Shown one piece after another: positions 19,050 through 26,866 of a stretch of DNA of 32,000 nucleotides. A program made the translations under genes and the position numbers. The stretch covers positions 9,305 through 41,304 of the forward strand of contig CAJQRM010000003.1 in assembly GCA_905612275.1 (NCBI GenBank). Reading direction: 5' to 3'. This DNA is from an uncultured Candidatus Nitrosopumilus sp. (lineage in GTDB: Archaea; Thermoproteota; Nitrososphaeria; Nitrososphaerales; Nitrosopumilaceae). The notes under the pieces are model-generated. The model was not told where the DNA came from, did not search any database, and saw only the letters and a program-made list of their open reading frames with translations. How positions within the stretch are numbered: position 1 is the first letter of the stretch; each line of letters starts with the position of its first letter.

Positions 19050-19847
19050 TTGTTTAGTACGGCAGATCCAGATAATTTCAGTTTTTTAGAACCCGTGGTT
19101 TCTGATTTTAAGAAGATATTGGTTTCAGGTTGTGGTTTTGTAATCATTGATGGTACGAGTTTTGAAAAATTTTCTAAAGAAGAAGTTCAAATGATTTATC
19201 AAATTTTTGCTAAATCTTTAGGTGAATTATATGTTCAAAATATCAAAAAAGAAAAATTAGTTTTAATTAAAAATGAAGGTAAATCAATGAAAACTGGTGG
19301 AAGATATCATCAAACAAAAGAAGGTGGATCATATCATACAGATAGTCCTCAATGGGAAAATGTTCCAGATATAATTGGATTATGTTGTATTAATCCTGCA
19401 AAAACTGGAGGAACAAGTAAATTTATCAGTAGTTATACAGTTCATAATCTATTTTTACAAAAGGATAGTCAATTATTAGAAATATTATACAATAAATTTT
19501 ATTTTGATAAAAGAGGTGAAATAAAAGAAAATGAAGAACCAACTATTTTTGAACCAATAATGCAATTTAAAAATAATAAATTAATGTTTAGATATCTTAG
19601 AGACTATGTTGATAGTGGACATAAAATTCAAAATAAACCATTAACAGAGGAACAAGATAGATCATTAAAATTATTGGATGAAATTTTATCAGAAGAAAAT
19701 ATTGTAGTTAGTTATGATTTAAAGAAATTTGATATGACTTTTTTTAATAATCATAGAGTGATTCATGGGAGAACAAGTTTTGAAGATTTTGAAGATGAAG
19801 AAAAGAAAAGACTAATGATTAGAACTTGGATTAAATTTTCTTCTTAA
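19050..19847 (+). CDS. TauD/TfdA-family Fe(II)/2-oxoglutarate-dependent dioxygenase; the start codon is uncertain
   Basis: The HxD facial-triad motif appears in GGSYHTDSPQW, and the distal His/Arg in NNHRVIHGRTSF. The frame is open upstream to 18915 with coding-like sequence but no ATG/GTG/TTG before the TTG at 19050. Confidence 0.72.
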   Translation: MFSTADPDNFSFLEPVVSDFKKILVSGCGFVIIDGTSFEKFSKEEVQMIYQIFAKSLGELYVQNIKKEKLVLIKNEGKSMKTGGRYHQTKEGGSYHTDSPQWENVPDIIGLCCINPAKTGGTSKFISSYTVHNLFLQKDSQLLEILYNKFYFDKRGEIKENEEPTIFEPIMQFKNNKLMFRYLRDYVDSGHKIQNKPLTEEQDRSLKLLDEILSEENIVVSYDLKKFDMTFFNNHRVIHGRTSFEDFEDEEKKRLMIRTWIKFSS

Positions 19848-19982
19848 TTAAAATATATTCATGAAATTGATATGAGTTAAAAAATCCTAAGTATTAAGCT
19901 GATGTTAGAAATGCTAATTTAAGCCACTTTCTTTTATAATATTTTTATATTAATTTCTTAAAATAAGTTTTTTTAAGTATTT

Positions 19983-21284
19983 CTAGATTGTAAACCAACC
20001 AGATTTCATATATGATAAAGCAATATTGAGACCAAATAGAATAAATGTAAATGCGTAAATTACCCACATTGTAGTTTTAACTGCTTTATCTGAAAATCTT
20101 TTATCAATAATAATATGAATAAATTTTCCACCATCCAAGATTGGTAAGGGAAGCATGTTGATTATGCCTATGAAAAATGAAATCATCCATAACCATAACA
20201 AGAACATCGAAACAGTTGGATCATTCCATTCAATGAAATTCATTACAGGTGTATATGCAAATGAATTATCTCTCATAATTCCAATTAATCCTCTTTCAGG
20301 ATCATCTGGTGCTGGCATTACTGTTAATCCAAAGTCTAATGGTTGACCATCTCTAAGTACAGATACAGTAGCTGTATCCCCTGGATTCAAACTAGGAAAA
20401 TCAACTGGACTAAGAATCGGTATACCGTTAATTGAAGTGATAATATCATTTGCAAGTAATCCTGCTTGCTCAGCTCCTGAATTCTCTATAATTGAAAGTA
20501 TCAAAACACCTTCAGGTAACTCATAAAATATGCTCAATAATGGTTCAGGTACTACCATTGCAAAAAATGGATTTGTTAATAGTATGACACCTAACACTAA
20601 TGCAAATAATACATTTGAAGTCGCACCTGCTCCAATTACTCTTAATTTAGAAATCTTTTTAGCTTTTTCAAATTCTTCTTCATCTGGTTCTACAAATCCT
20701 GCAAACATTGCGATAAAAATTGCAAATCCTCCTGTTTTGATTTTAATTTTTTCAAGTGCAGCTACAATTCCATGTCCACCTTCATGCATTACAAGTACAA
20801 TTGGAATTGAAAGTAAAAAATACGTAATAGCTGGTGCTGAAGTTAAAGTAATTCCTGGAATTAGTACAGTTAATTCATTAAATTCTGATTGTGCAACAAA
20901 AAAGTTTGAAACATTATTTAGTAAAAACCAAAATGCAAAACCCATCATAAGAAAACCTGCAATTACACTAACATTTGCAAATACTGATACTGCCGCTCTT
21001 GTTCTTCCAAGAATTCGAATTAAAACATCATTGACACTTTTATTTTTGTAAACGAGACTGTATGCTTTAATTTCAACACCATATTTTTCTAATTTTAGAG
21101 CTTTTGCGGTTACAAAAATAGCTACCCAAGCCATTAAGACGTAGATTATCGCATTTTCAGTAATAAAATCAAGTTCCAAACTAATTGCTAATTTTTTAAA
21201 GAAGAGCCATTTATCGGTTACTATGAAACCCGTCTTGATTATATCTACATATCCTAATAAAAAATCAATTTTAAAAATCTCCAA
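19983..21284 (-). CDS. Site-2 protease-type M50 membrane metalloprotease with an internal PDZ domain
   Basis: HExxH as VMHEGGHGIV, a PDZ-like segment GAEQAGLLANDIITSINGIPI, a second S2P motif NMLPLPILDGGKF, and several hydrophobic helices. The longest ORF overlaps divergent cutA by 62 nt, so the real start is probably internal (TTG 21179 or ATG 21134). Confidence 0.85.
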   Translation of the reverse strand: MEIFKIDFLLGYVDIIKTGFIVTDKWLFFKKLAISLELDFITENAIIYVLMAWVAIFVTAKALKLEKYGVEIKAYSLVYKNKSVNDVLIRILGRTRAAVSVFANVSVIAGFLMMGFAFWFLLNNVSNFFVAQSEFNELTVLIPGITLTSAPAITYFLLSIPIVLVMHEGGHGIVAALEKIKIKTGGFAIFIAMFAGFVEPDEEEFEKAKKISKLRVIGAGATSNVLFALVLGVILLTNPFFAMVVPEPLLSIFYELPEGVLILSIIENSGAEQAGLLANDIITSINGIPILSPVDFPSLNPGDTATVSVLRDGQPLDFGLTVMPAPDDPERGLIGIMRDNSFAYTPVMNFIEWNDPTVSMFLLWLWMISFFIGIINMLPLPILDGGKFIHIIIDKRFSDKAVKTTMWVIYAFTFILFGLNIALSYMKSGWFTI

Positions 21285-21534
21285 TGAACTTGTGAAAACT
21301 AAGATAATAGCATGTGTGAATATTTCAAAAATTGATTCAGTTTATTCATGGAATGGTAAAATTCAAAATTCATCAGAATACATTGCAATATTCAAAACTG
21401 TAACAAAAAATAAAACTAAACTCAAAAAGAAAATTGCCGAAACTCATCCATATGATGTTCCAGAAATAGTAGAAATTGATGTTACTTCAATCAATAAATC
21501 ATATCTAAATTGGTTAATTGAATCAACAAATTAA
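21223..21534 (+). CDS. cutA: CutA1 divalent-cation tolerance protein
   Basis: 103 aa. MKPVLIISTYPNKKS...LVKTKIIACVNISKIDSVYSWNGKIQNSSEYIAIFKT matches the CutA pattern (AACVN...S.Y.W.G.I). Confidence 0.8.
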   Translation: MKPVLIISTYPNKKSILKISNELVKTKIIACVNISKIDSVYSWNGKIQNSSEYIAIFKTVTKNKTKLKKKIAETHPYDVPEIVEIDVTSINKSYLNWLIESTN

Positions 21535-22574
21535 GTTTCTAAAGAATATCTTAACAAAGAAACAATTCCACCCAAACCTGTAACTCTCAATCCAATATCT
21601 GTTGATGAATCAACACTGTAAATTTTAACTCCTTTATTTTCTACGTCATTTAGAAAATTCATTATCTCTTGCTCATTATTATCTTGAATTATTTTATCTG
21701 AAAATACTATTGATTCTACTGCTCCCAATTGATTTGCATTCAAAGTTTCAGTGTATCCCATTGTAAATTTTTTACTTTTTTTACTTGCGAGAATCATTAT
21801 TTCATCAATTATTGATGCTGCTTTTGCTAATTTACTATCAGACATTATTTCATGCATAGTTTGAGATTTTGTAAATGTGTATATCCCATCCTCTCCACCT
21901 GAATCAATTCCATCGACAACTTGAATTTTATATTTTTGTAATTTTTGAATGTGATTTGCAAATCTTTTTTTTGTTTCACCTGGACCAAAAATCACTATCA
22001 TATCTCCTTCCTTGAAAATAGAAGTTATTGCCTGATGTACGTGCTCAAAAAAATTTTCAATATTAAAACTAGTTTTGTATCTCTTTCCACCAGATCCTGA
22101 ATAAATATTTGGCATAAATTCTAAATGTGTGCCTCTTAATCTTGCAATTCCACAATCTGCAGTATCAATTGCAATTAAAACAAAACTTGTTTGATTGTTA
22201 CTTGATTTCAAAAGTTTTTTCTCAATTGGTGACCATTTTTTCTTTGAAATTGTTATTCCGTCATTAAGTTGTAAAATTAATGAGTGATGTGAGCCATGTG
22301 GTACTGACTCATTACTTGATTCAGAAATTATTCCTCCAATTCTTAACTTATCTAAAACTTCATCAAGAGAAATTTTTTCTACAGTTAATGCAATTCTAAT
22401 TCTAATTCTTTCTCCTTTATCTGGTCTTGCATAATCTTTATCTTGTTTTAGAACTCTTGTTGTATCTCCAATCACTTTATCATTTTCTTTAATTATACGT
22501 CGTAAATTCAATAAATCTTCTGAATCTTCTGGGATAACTGAAATTAGATTTTCATCTATTGTCTTTGTAATCAT
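21531..22574 (-). CDS. pelA: Pelota (Dom34) mRNA surveillance / ribosome rescue factor
   Basis: 347 aa. The N-terminus MITKTIDENLISVIPEDSEDLLNLRRII is followed by central and eRF1-like C-terminal domains. Size and layout are typical of archaeal Pelota. Confidence 0.82.
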   Translation of the reverse strand: MITKTIDENLISVIPEDSEDLLNLRRIIKENDKVIGDTTRVLKQDKDYARPDKGERIRIRIALTVEKISLDEVLDKLRIGGIISESSNESVPHGSHHSLILQLNDGITISKKKWSPIEKKLLKSSNNQTSFVLIAIDTADCGIARLRGTHLEFMPNIYSGSGGKRYKTSFNIENFFEHVHQAITSIFKEGDMIVIFGPGETKKRFANHIQKLQKYKIQVVDGIDSGGEDGIYTFTKSQTMHEIMSDSKLAKAASIIDEIMILASKKSKKFTMGYTETLNANQLGAVESIVFSDKIIQDNNEQEIMNFLNDVENKGVKIYSVDSSTDIGLRVTGLGGIVSLLRYSLET

Positions 22575-22606
22575 GATATTAGTATAACTTACAAAAAGTA
22601 AAGTGT

Positions 22607-23020
22607 TTAGTTTGTTGTTTCAGTGGTTTCTTCTTGGGATTTTTTCTTTAGATAATTTTCAACCCAATCTAAAGTAAGAACTCCAGATTCTGCTAAGTTT
22701 GTTAAAGAATTTGGAGAAGCTTCACCTGTTACTTTACCTTCCATTCTTCTTATTTGACGCCATTTTAGAGATGTGTTTCCACTTTTTGAATTATAAATTA
22801 TTCCAAGAACATCTCTTGCATTCATAAATGTAATATCTCTAATTTTTTTCAACGTTACTTTATCTGCAGCTTCAACGTATATTGCACCCAAATTATCATC
22901 TCTTTCTGCAAATACTTCTGAATCTCCCAAGTAATTTCTTGGGGCATAGGATTTACAAGTACTAGATATGATAAATCTTCTAAAACTTTCCAATGTTGCT
23001 GGAGCGCTAATTATAACCAT
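22607..23020 (-). CDS. Hypothetical protein (137 aa)
   Basis: Clean ORF with an ATG start and coding-like composition. No motif recognised. Confidence 0.5.
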   Translation of the reverse strand: MVIISAPATLESFRRFIISSTCKSYAPRNYLGDSEVFAERDDNLGAIYVEAADKVTLKKIRDITFMNARDVLGIIYNSKSGNTSLKWRQIRRMEGKVTGEASPNSLTNLAESGVLTLDWVENYLKKKSQEETTETTN

Positions 23021-23094
23021 TTTGCTTGACTACCTATCCGCCATTTATCAAGCTTCTTGAAAGACTCAATAGGAATATCTATAAAATTTGGCTT

Positions 23095-23154
23095 GCAGGC
23101 TGTGATGATCCTATCCCTCTGACTAGTGATGAGGATCTTGAGAACTGAGCCTGC
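23095..23154 (+). ncRNA. C/D-box sRNA (2'-O-methylation guide)
   Basis: A 60-nt intergenic element with all four boxes in canonical order. The 5' terminal stem is GCAGGC (23095-23100). The C box GUGAUGA is at 23102-23108 and the D' box CUGA at 23119-23122. The C' box GUGAUGA is at 23126-23132, followed by a 12-nt guide GGAUCUUGAGAA. The D box CUGA is at 23145-23148. The 3' terminal stem GCCUGC (23149-23154) is perfectly complementary to the 5' stem. Confidence 0.72.
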
Positions 23155-23190
23155 CTTATGATTTTAATGCTTGATCTGTATTGTTATTAT

Positions 23191-23610
23191 GTGAAATTCT
23201 TAACTGAATATCTAACTTTTCAAGTGAAAAAACGGAGAGGATTTGTTAACATCACTTCTGATATATCAAAACTAGTTTCAAAAAGTAAAATTCAGGAAGG
23301 TCTTTGTCTTGTTAATGCAATGCATATCACTGCAAGTGTTTTCATTAATGATAATGAAACTGGATTACATCATGATTATGAAAAGTGGTTAGAAGAATTA
23401 GCACCACATGAACCAATTGAACAATATGATCATAACAATACCGGTGAGGATAATGCAGATGCTCATCTAAAAAGACAGATTATGGGAAGAGAAGTTGTAG
23501 TTGCAATTACAAATGGACAATTAGATTTTGGTCCGTGGGAACAAATTTTCTATGGAGAATTTGATGGTAAAAGATCAAAAAGAGTTTTAGTTAAAATTAT
23601 TGGAGAATAA
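23191..23610 (+). CDS. YjbQ/UPF0047 family protein (secondary thiamine-phosphate synthase-like)
   Basis: [12 protein letters not shown]...[20 protein letters not shown]...[40 protein letters not shown] is the UPF0047 pattern. I prefer the GTG at 23191 over the track start 23158, because it gives the usual length of about 139 aa and clears the C/D sRNA. Confidence 0.8.
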   Translation: MKFLTEYLTFQVKKRRGFVNITSDISKLVSKSKIQEGLCLVNAMHITASVFINDNETGLHHDYEKWLEELAPHEPIEQYDHNNTGEDNADAHLKRQIMGREVVVAITNGQLDFGPWEQIFYGEFDGKRSKRVLVKIIGE

Positions 23611-23614
23611 TATT

Positions 23615-23779
23615 TTATCCAAAGTCTGCATCACGTTTTTGACTTTGTGATTCATTCTTTCTTGCAGCATCTCTAAAGGCATCATCATGATTTTGAGGTC
23701 CATGTTCACATTTTACACATGCAATTTTAAAACCATCTTCATTTTTCACATAAGTTTCACAACCACAGAAACATGCCAT
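23615..23779 (-). CDS. Small Cys/His-rich protein (54 aa), not in the ORF track
   Basis: My own translation gives MACFCGCETYVKNEDGFKIACVKCEHGPQNHDDAFRDAARKNESQSQKRDADFG, with ATG at 23779 and TAA at 23615-23617. It lies 47 nt downstream of, and co-oriented with, the DtxR-like gene. Confidence 0.4.
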   Translation of the reverse strand: MACFCGCETYVKNEDGFKIACVKCEHGPQNHDDAFRDAARKNESQSQKRDADFG

Positions 23780-23826
23780 GCTAAAGCTGTTTTTTAATCT
23801 GATATATCTTTTGGGATATTTTTTAT

Positions 23827-24270
23827 TTATTTACAGCATTCGCCCATTGGGATATCATGATCATGTGGACATTTTCTTGGATGTTTTAACATTACACATA
23901 ATGCATCTGTAAATTGTTTATTCATATGATGTTCAATTCCACATACCATCTCTTCATCAATTGCCACTTTTAATGCACTATCCATCAAGACTTCTAATAA
24001 TCGACTATTTCTCATCATACTAGAACCAATTCTTTCTCCTTCTTCTGTAAGATTTACTCCTGCTTTGTTGTACTCTACAAGATTTTTAATATTTAATTTT
24101 TTTAACATTTGAACTACACTTGGCTGTCTTATATTGAGCATTTTTGCAATTGTACTGATTTTAACAGATTCACCTCTTTCTCGTATATGCCAAATTGCTT
24201 TAAGATACATTTCAACATGTTCTGCTTCTGCAGTCCCAACAAATAGTGTTTCTTCTTTGAGTATATCCAT
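23827..24270 (-). CDS. DtxR/MntR-family metal-dependent transcriptional repressor
   Basis: 147 aa. EHVEMYLKAIWHIRERGESVKISTIAKMLNIRQPSVVQMLKKL forms the wHTH and NSRLLEVLM the dimerisation helix. The Cys/His-rich tail is CPHDHDIPMGECCK. Confidence 0.8.
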   Translation of the reverse strand: MDILKEETLFVGTAEAEHVEMYLKAIWHIRERGESVKISTIAKMLNIRQPSVVQMLKKLNIKNLVEYNKAGVNLTEEGERIGSSMMRNSRLLEVLMDSALKVAIDEEMVCGIEHHMNKQFTDALCVMLKHPRKCPHDHDIPMGECCK

Positions 24271-24272
24271 AA

Positions 24273-25040
24273 CTACACCTTCTTTGAATCTTTTAATAAA
24301 TATTCAAAATATTGACGTGCAAATCCTGCTAAACCTATATGATCTGCCCAAATTGCGATAACTTCTGAGGAATTTTCACCTGCTATTTCTGGACCTAATA
24401 AGATTACAACATATCTTTTATCACAAATTATACCTCCACCAAAGAGACCTTTCTTAATTTTTACTTCTGCAACTCTTTTGATTGCTATAATTGATTCTTT
24501 ATCGATCTTATCTGATGTAAGAATTGTAATTTTAACTCCTTTATCATGTAGTGCTCTTAATTTTGGCAATGCTTGTTTAACTAATTCTATACCAGCTTCT
24601 GGTAATGTGATCATTACTTCATTTCTACAATTATCTACCATCTCTAAAATTTTAGCAGTAATGTTAACTGCTCCAGACAGTACCCATATGTCTGGTTTTT
24701 CACTTGTTCCACTTTTTTCATATAAGGGAACTAATTCATTCAAAATAACATTTTGATTTTTTAAAAAATCACTTTCCATTTTTTGTTTTGTACTTTCTAC
24801 TCCTGTAGATGGTGATTTTGCAAAATATTTTGTTGGTCTTGAATCATCAGAACCAATCCATCCTTTATCTTCTAATGCTCCTAATACCTCATAGATTTTT
24901 GAATATGGTACACTTGATTTTTGACTGAGATCTGATGCTGTCATTTCTCCTGATTTTAGTAATGCAGAAAATGTTTTGATTTCATAACTAGTTAATCCAA
25001 TTTTTTCTAGAGATTTTTTTGTCTTATCTGATATACTCAT
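24273..25040 (-). CDS. TrmB-family transcriptional regulator
   Basis: 255 aa. The N-terminal TrmB-type wHTH is LEKIGLTSYEIKTFSALLKSGEMTASDLSQKSSVPYSKIYEVLGALEDKGWI, followed by a C-terminal effector-like domain. Its stop lies 2 nt before the DtxR-like start. Confidence 0.75.
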   Translation of the reverse strand: MSISDKTKKSLEKIGLTSYEIKTFSALLKSGEMTASDLSQKSSVPYSKIYEVLGALEDKGWIGSDDSRPTKYFAKSPSTGVESTKQKMESDFLKNQNVILNELVPLYEKSGTSEKPDIWVLSGAVNITAKILEMVDNCRNEVMITLPEAGIELVKQALPKLRALHDKGVKITILTSDKIDKESIIAIKRVAEVKIKKGLFGGGIICDKRYVVILLGPEIAGENSSEVIAIWADHIGLAGFARQYFEYLLKDSKKV

Positions 25041-25156
25041 GCGATCTTATCGATCAGTTTTGATATTTAAACCACTCATGACTATTTACTAAAATCCACA
25101 CGGGGCTTAGTGGGAAACAGATTATATACTGATTTTGAAAAACTCATGATACAGGC

Positions 25157-26821
25157 ATGGCACTAATTCAGATTTCTAATCAATCAAGTAAGAATTTAAG
25201 TAAAAAATCTACTATCAGATTTACTCAAAGTATTTGCCCTGATTGTAACATGATTTTAGATGCTGAAGTCTTTGAGCGAGATAGTCAAGTTTTCATGTCA
25301 AAAGTTTGCCCAACTCACGGTGAATGTGAGGAATTATATTTTGGTTCTTATGAAATGTATAAAAAATTTAGTACTTACTGGATGGATGGTAAAGGTGCAC
25401 ATTCTCCAAATGTAATGATTGACAAATGTTCTTGTCCAAATAACTGTGGTTTATGTTCAAACCACTTATCTCACAGTGGATTAGCAAACATGATTGTAAC
25501 TAATAGATGTGATTTAACATGTTGGTACTGTTTCTTTTATGTAAAGAAAGGTCTTGAAGGCGCTTACATGTATGAACCAGACCATACTCAAGTCAGAGGT
25601 ATGATGAAAACTCTAAGAGCAGAAAGGCCAATTCCAGGAAACTCTATGCAAATTACTGGTGGTGAACCAATGCTTAGAGATGATATTGCTGATGTTATTC
25701 AAATTATGAAAGAAGAAGGCGTTGACCATATTCAAATGAATACAAATGGTATTAGACATGCAATGGATCCAGAAGCAGCAAGAGAAGTAAGACTTGCTGG
25801 ATGTAACAACTTGTATCTCTCCTTTGACGGTGTAACTGCACGAACAAATCCTAAAAATCACTGGGAAATTCCATATGCTCTTGATAGTTGCAGAAAAACA
25901 GGTACTACTGTAGTATTTGTCCCAACAGTAATCAAATCAATTAATGATCATGAATTAGGCGGAATTATTAGATATGCACAAAAGAATATGGATGTAGTTC
26001 ATGCTGTTAACTTTCAACCCGTATCCTTAACTGGAAGAATGGGTAAATCTGAACGTGAAAAATACAGAATTACAGTCCCTGATTGTGTTCAAAGAATTGA
26101 AGAACAAACAGATGGTCAAGTAACTGTTGATGATTGGTTCCCAGTTCCAAGTTGTATGCCATTAACTAATGTAATTGAAGCATTCTCAAGTAAACCAAAA
26201 TATGAATTATCCATTCACTTTGCTTGTGGTGCAGGAACATACATCTTTGAAGATGCAGATACAAAGAAATTTGTTCCATTAACAAAATTCTGTGATATTC
26301 AAGGAATGTTAGAACTCTTTGAAGATAAAGCAGAAGAAATTCGTTCTGGTAAAAACAAATACTTTACAATGCTTGAAGTTGTAAGAAAACTAAAAGGTTT
26401 TGTTGATAGTAAGAAACAACCAGCAGGATTAGATTTAGCAAAAATGTTTGGTAACATACTCATGAAAAGATCATTTGATTCAGTTGGTTCATGGCACGTC
26501 AAGGGATTATTCCTTGGTATGATGCATTTCCAAGACAAATACAATGAAGATTTAGAAAGATTACAAAGATGTGATATTCACTATGTAACTCCGGACCTTA
26601 GAATCGTTCCATTTTGTGCATTTAATGTAATTCCAGAATGGTACAGAGACAGAATTCAAAAGAAATATTCTATCACTGTTGAAGAATGGGAAGAACGTGA
26701 AGGTGTAAAACTTGAAGATGGTCTATACAGAGGACTAATGAGACGTGGAGCAGGTGATGAGCTTGCTGCTGGCTGTGCAAAGAGTCAGATGTTTCATGAT
26801 GCTTCTCAGGCAACTATGTAA
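25157..26821 (+). CDS. Multi-cluster radical SAM protein, probably of the tetraether lipid synthase (Tes / GDGT-MAS) family
   Basis: 554 aa. The N-terminal rubredoxin-like site is CPDCN...CPTHGEC. An auxiliary cluster motif CSCPNNCGLCSNH follows, then the radical SAM CX3CX2C motif in TNRCDLTCWYCFF, and C-terminal conserved cysteines (RCDIHYVTPDLRIVPFCAFN). The radical SAM call is firm. The Tes assignment rests on my recollection of that family's architecture. Confidence 0.6.
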   Translation: MALIQISNQSSKNLSKKSTIRFTQSICPDCNMILDAEVFERDSQVFMSKVCPTHGECEELYFGSYEMYKKFSTYWMDGKGAHSPNVMIDKCSCPNNCGLCSNHLSHSGLANMIVTNRCDLTCWYCFFYVKKGLEGAYMYEPDHTQVRGMMKTLRAERPIPGNSMQITGGEPMLRDDIADVIQIMKEEGVDHIQMNTNGIRHAMDPEAAREVRLAGCNNLYLSFDGVTARTNPKNHWEIPYALDSCRKTGTTVVFVPTVIKSINDHELGGIIRYAQKNMDVVHAVNFQPVSLTGRMGKSEREKYRITVPDCVQRIEEQTDGQVTVDDWFPVPSCMPLTNVIEAFSSKPKYELSIHFACGAGTYIFEDADTKKFVPLTKFCDIQGMLELFEDKAEEIRSGKNKYFTMLEVVRKLKGFVDSKKQPAGLDLAKMFGNILMKRSFDSVGSWHVKGLFLGMMHFQDKYNEDLERLQRCDIHYVTPDLRIVPFCAFNVIPEWYRDRIQKKYSITVEEWEEREGVKLEDGLYRGLMRRGAGDELAAGCAKSQMFHDASQATM

Positions 26822-26866
26822 TAGAATTATTTATTCAAAAGAGTAATAACCATTCACAGATTAATT

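Noticed and set aside
20155-21051. Track ORFs 20155-20346 (+) and 20530-21051 (+, 173 aa) antisense to the M50 protease gene
   Set aside because: They have no motifs and the composition of an antisense frame of a membrane protein gene. The protease frame carries the HExxH, PDZ and LDG motifs.
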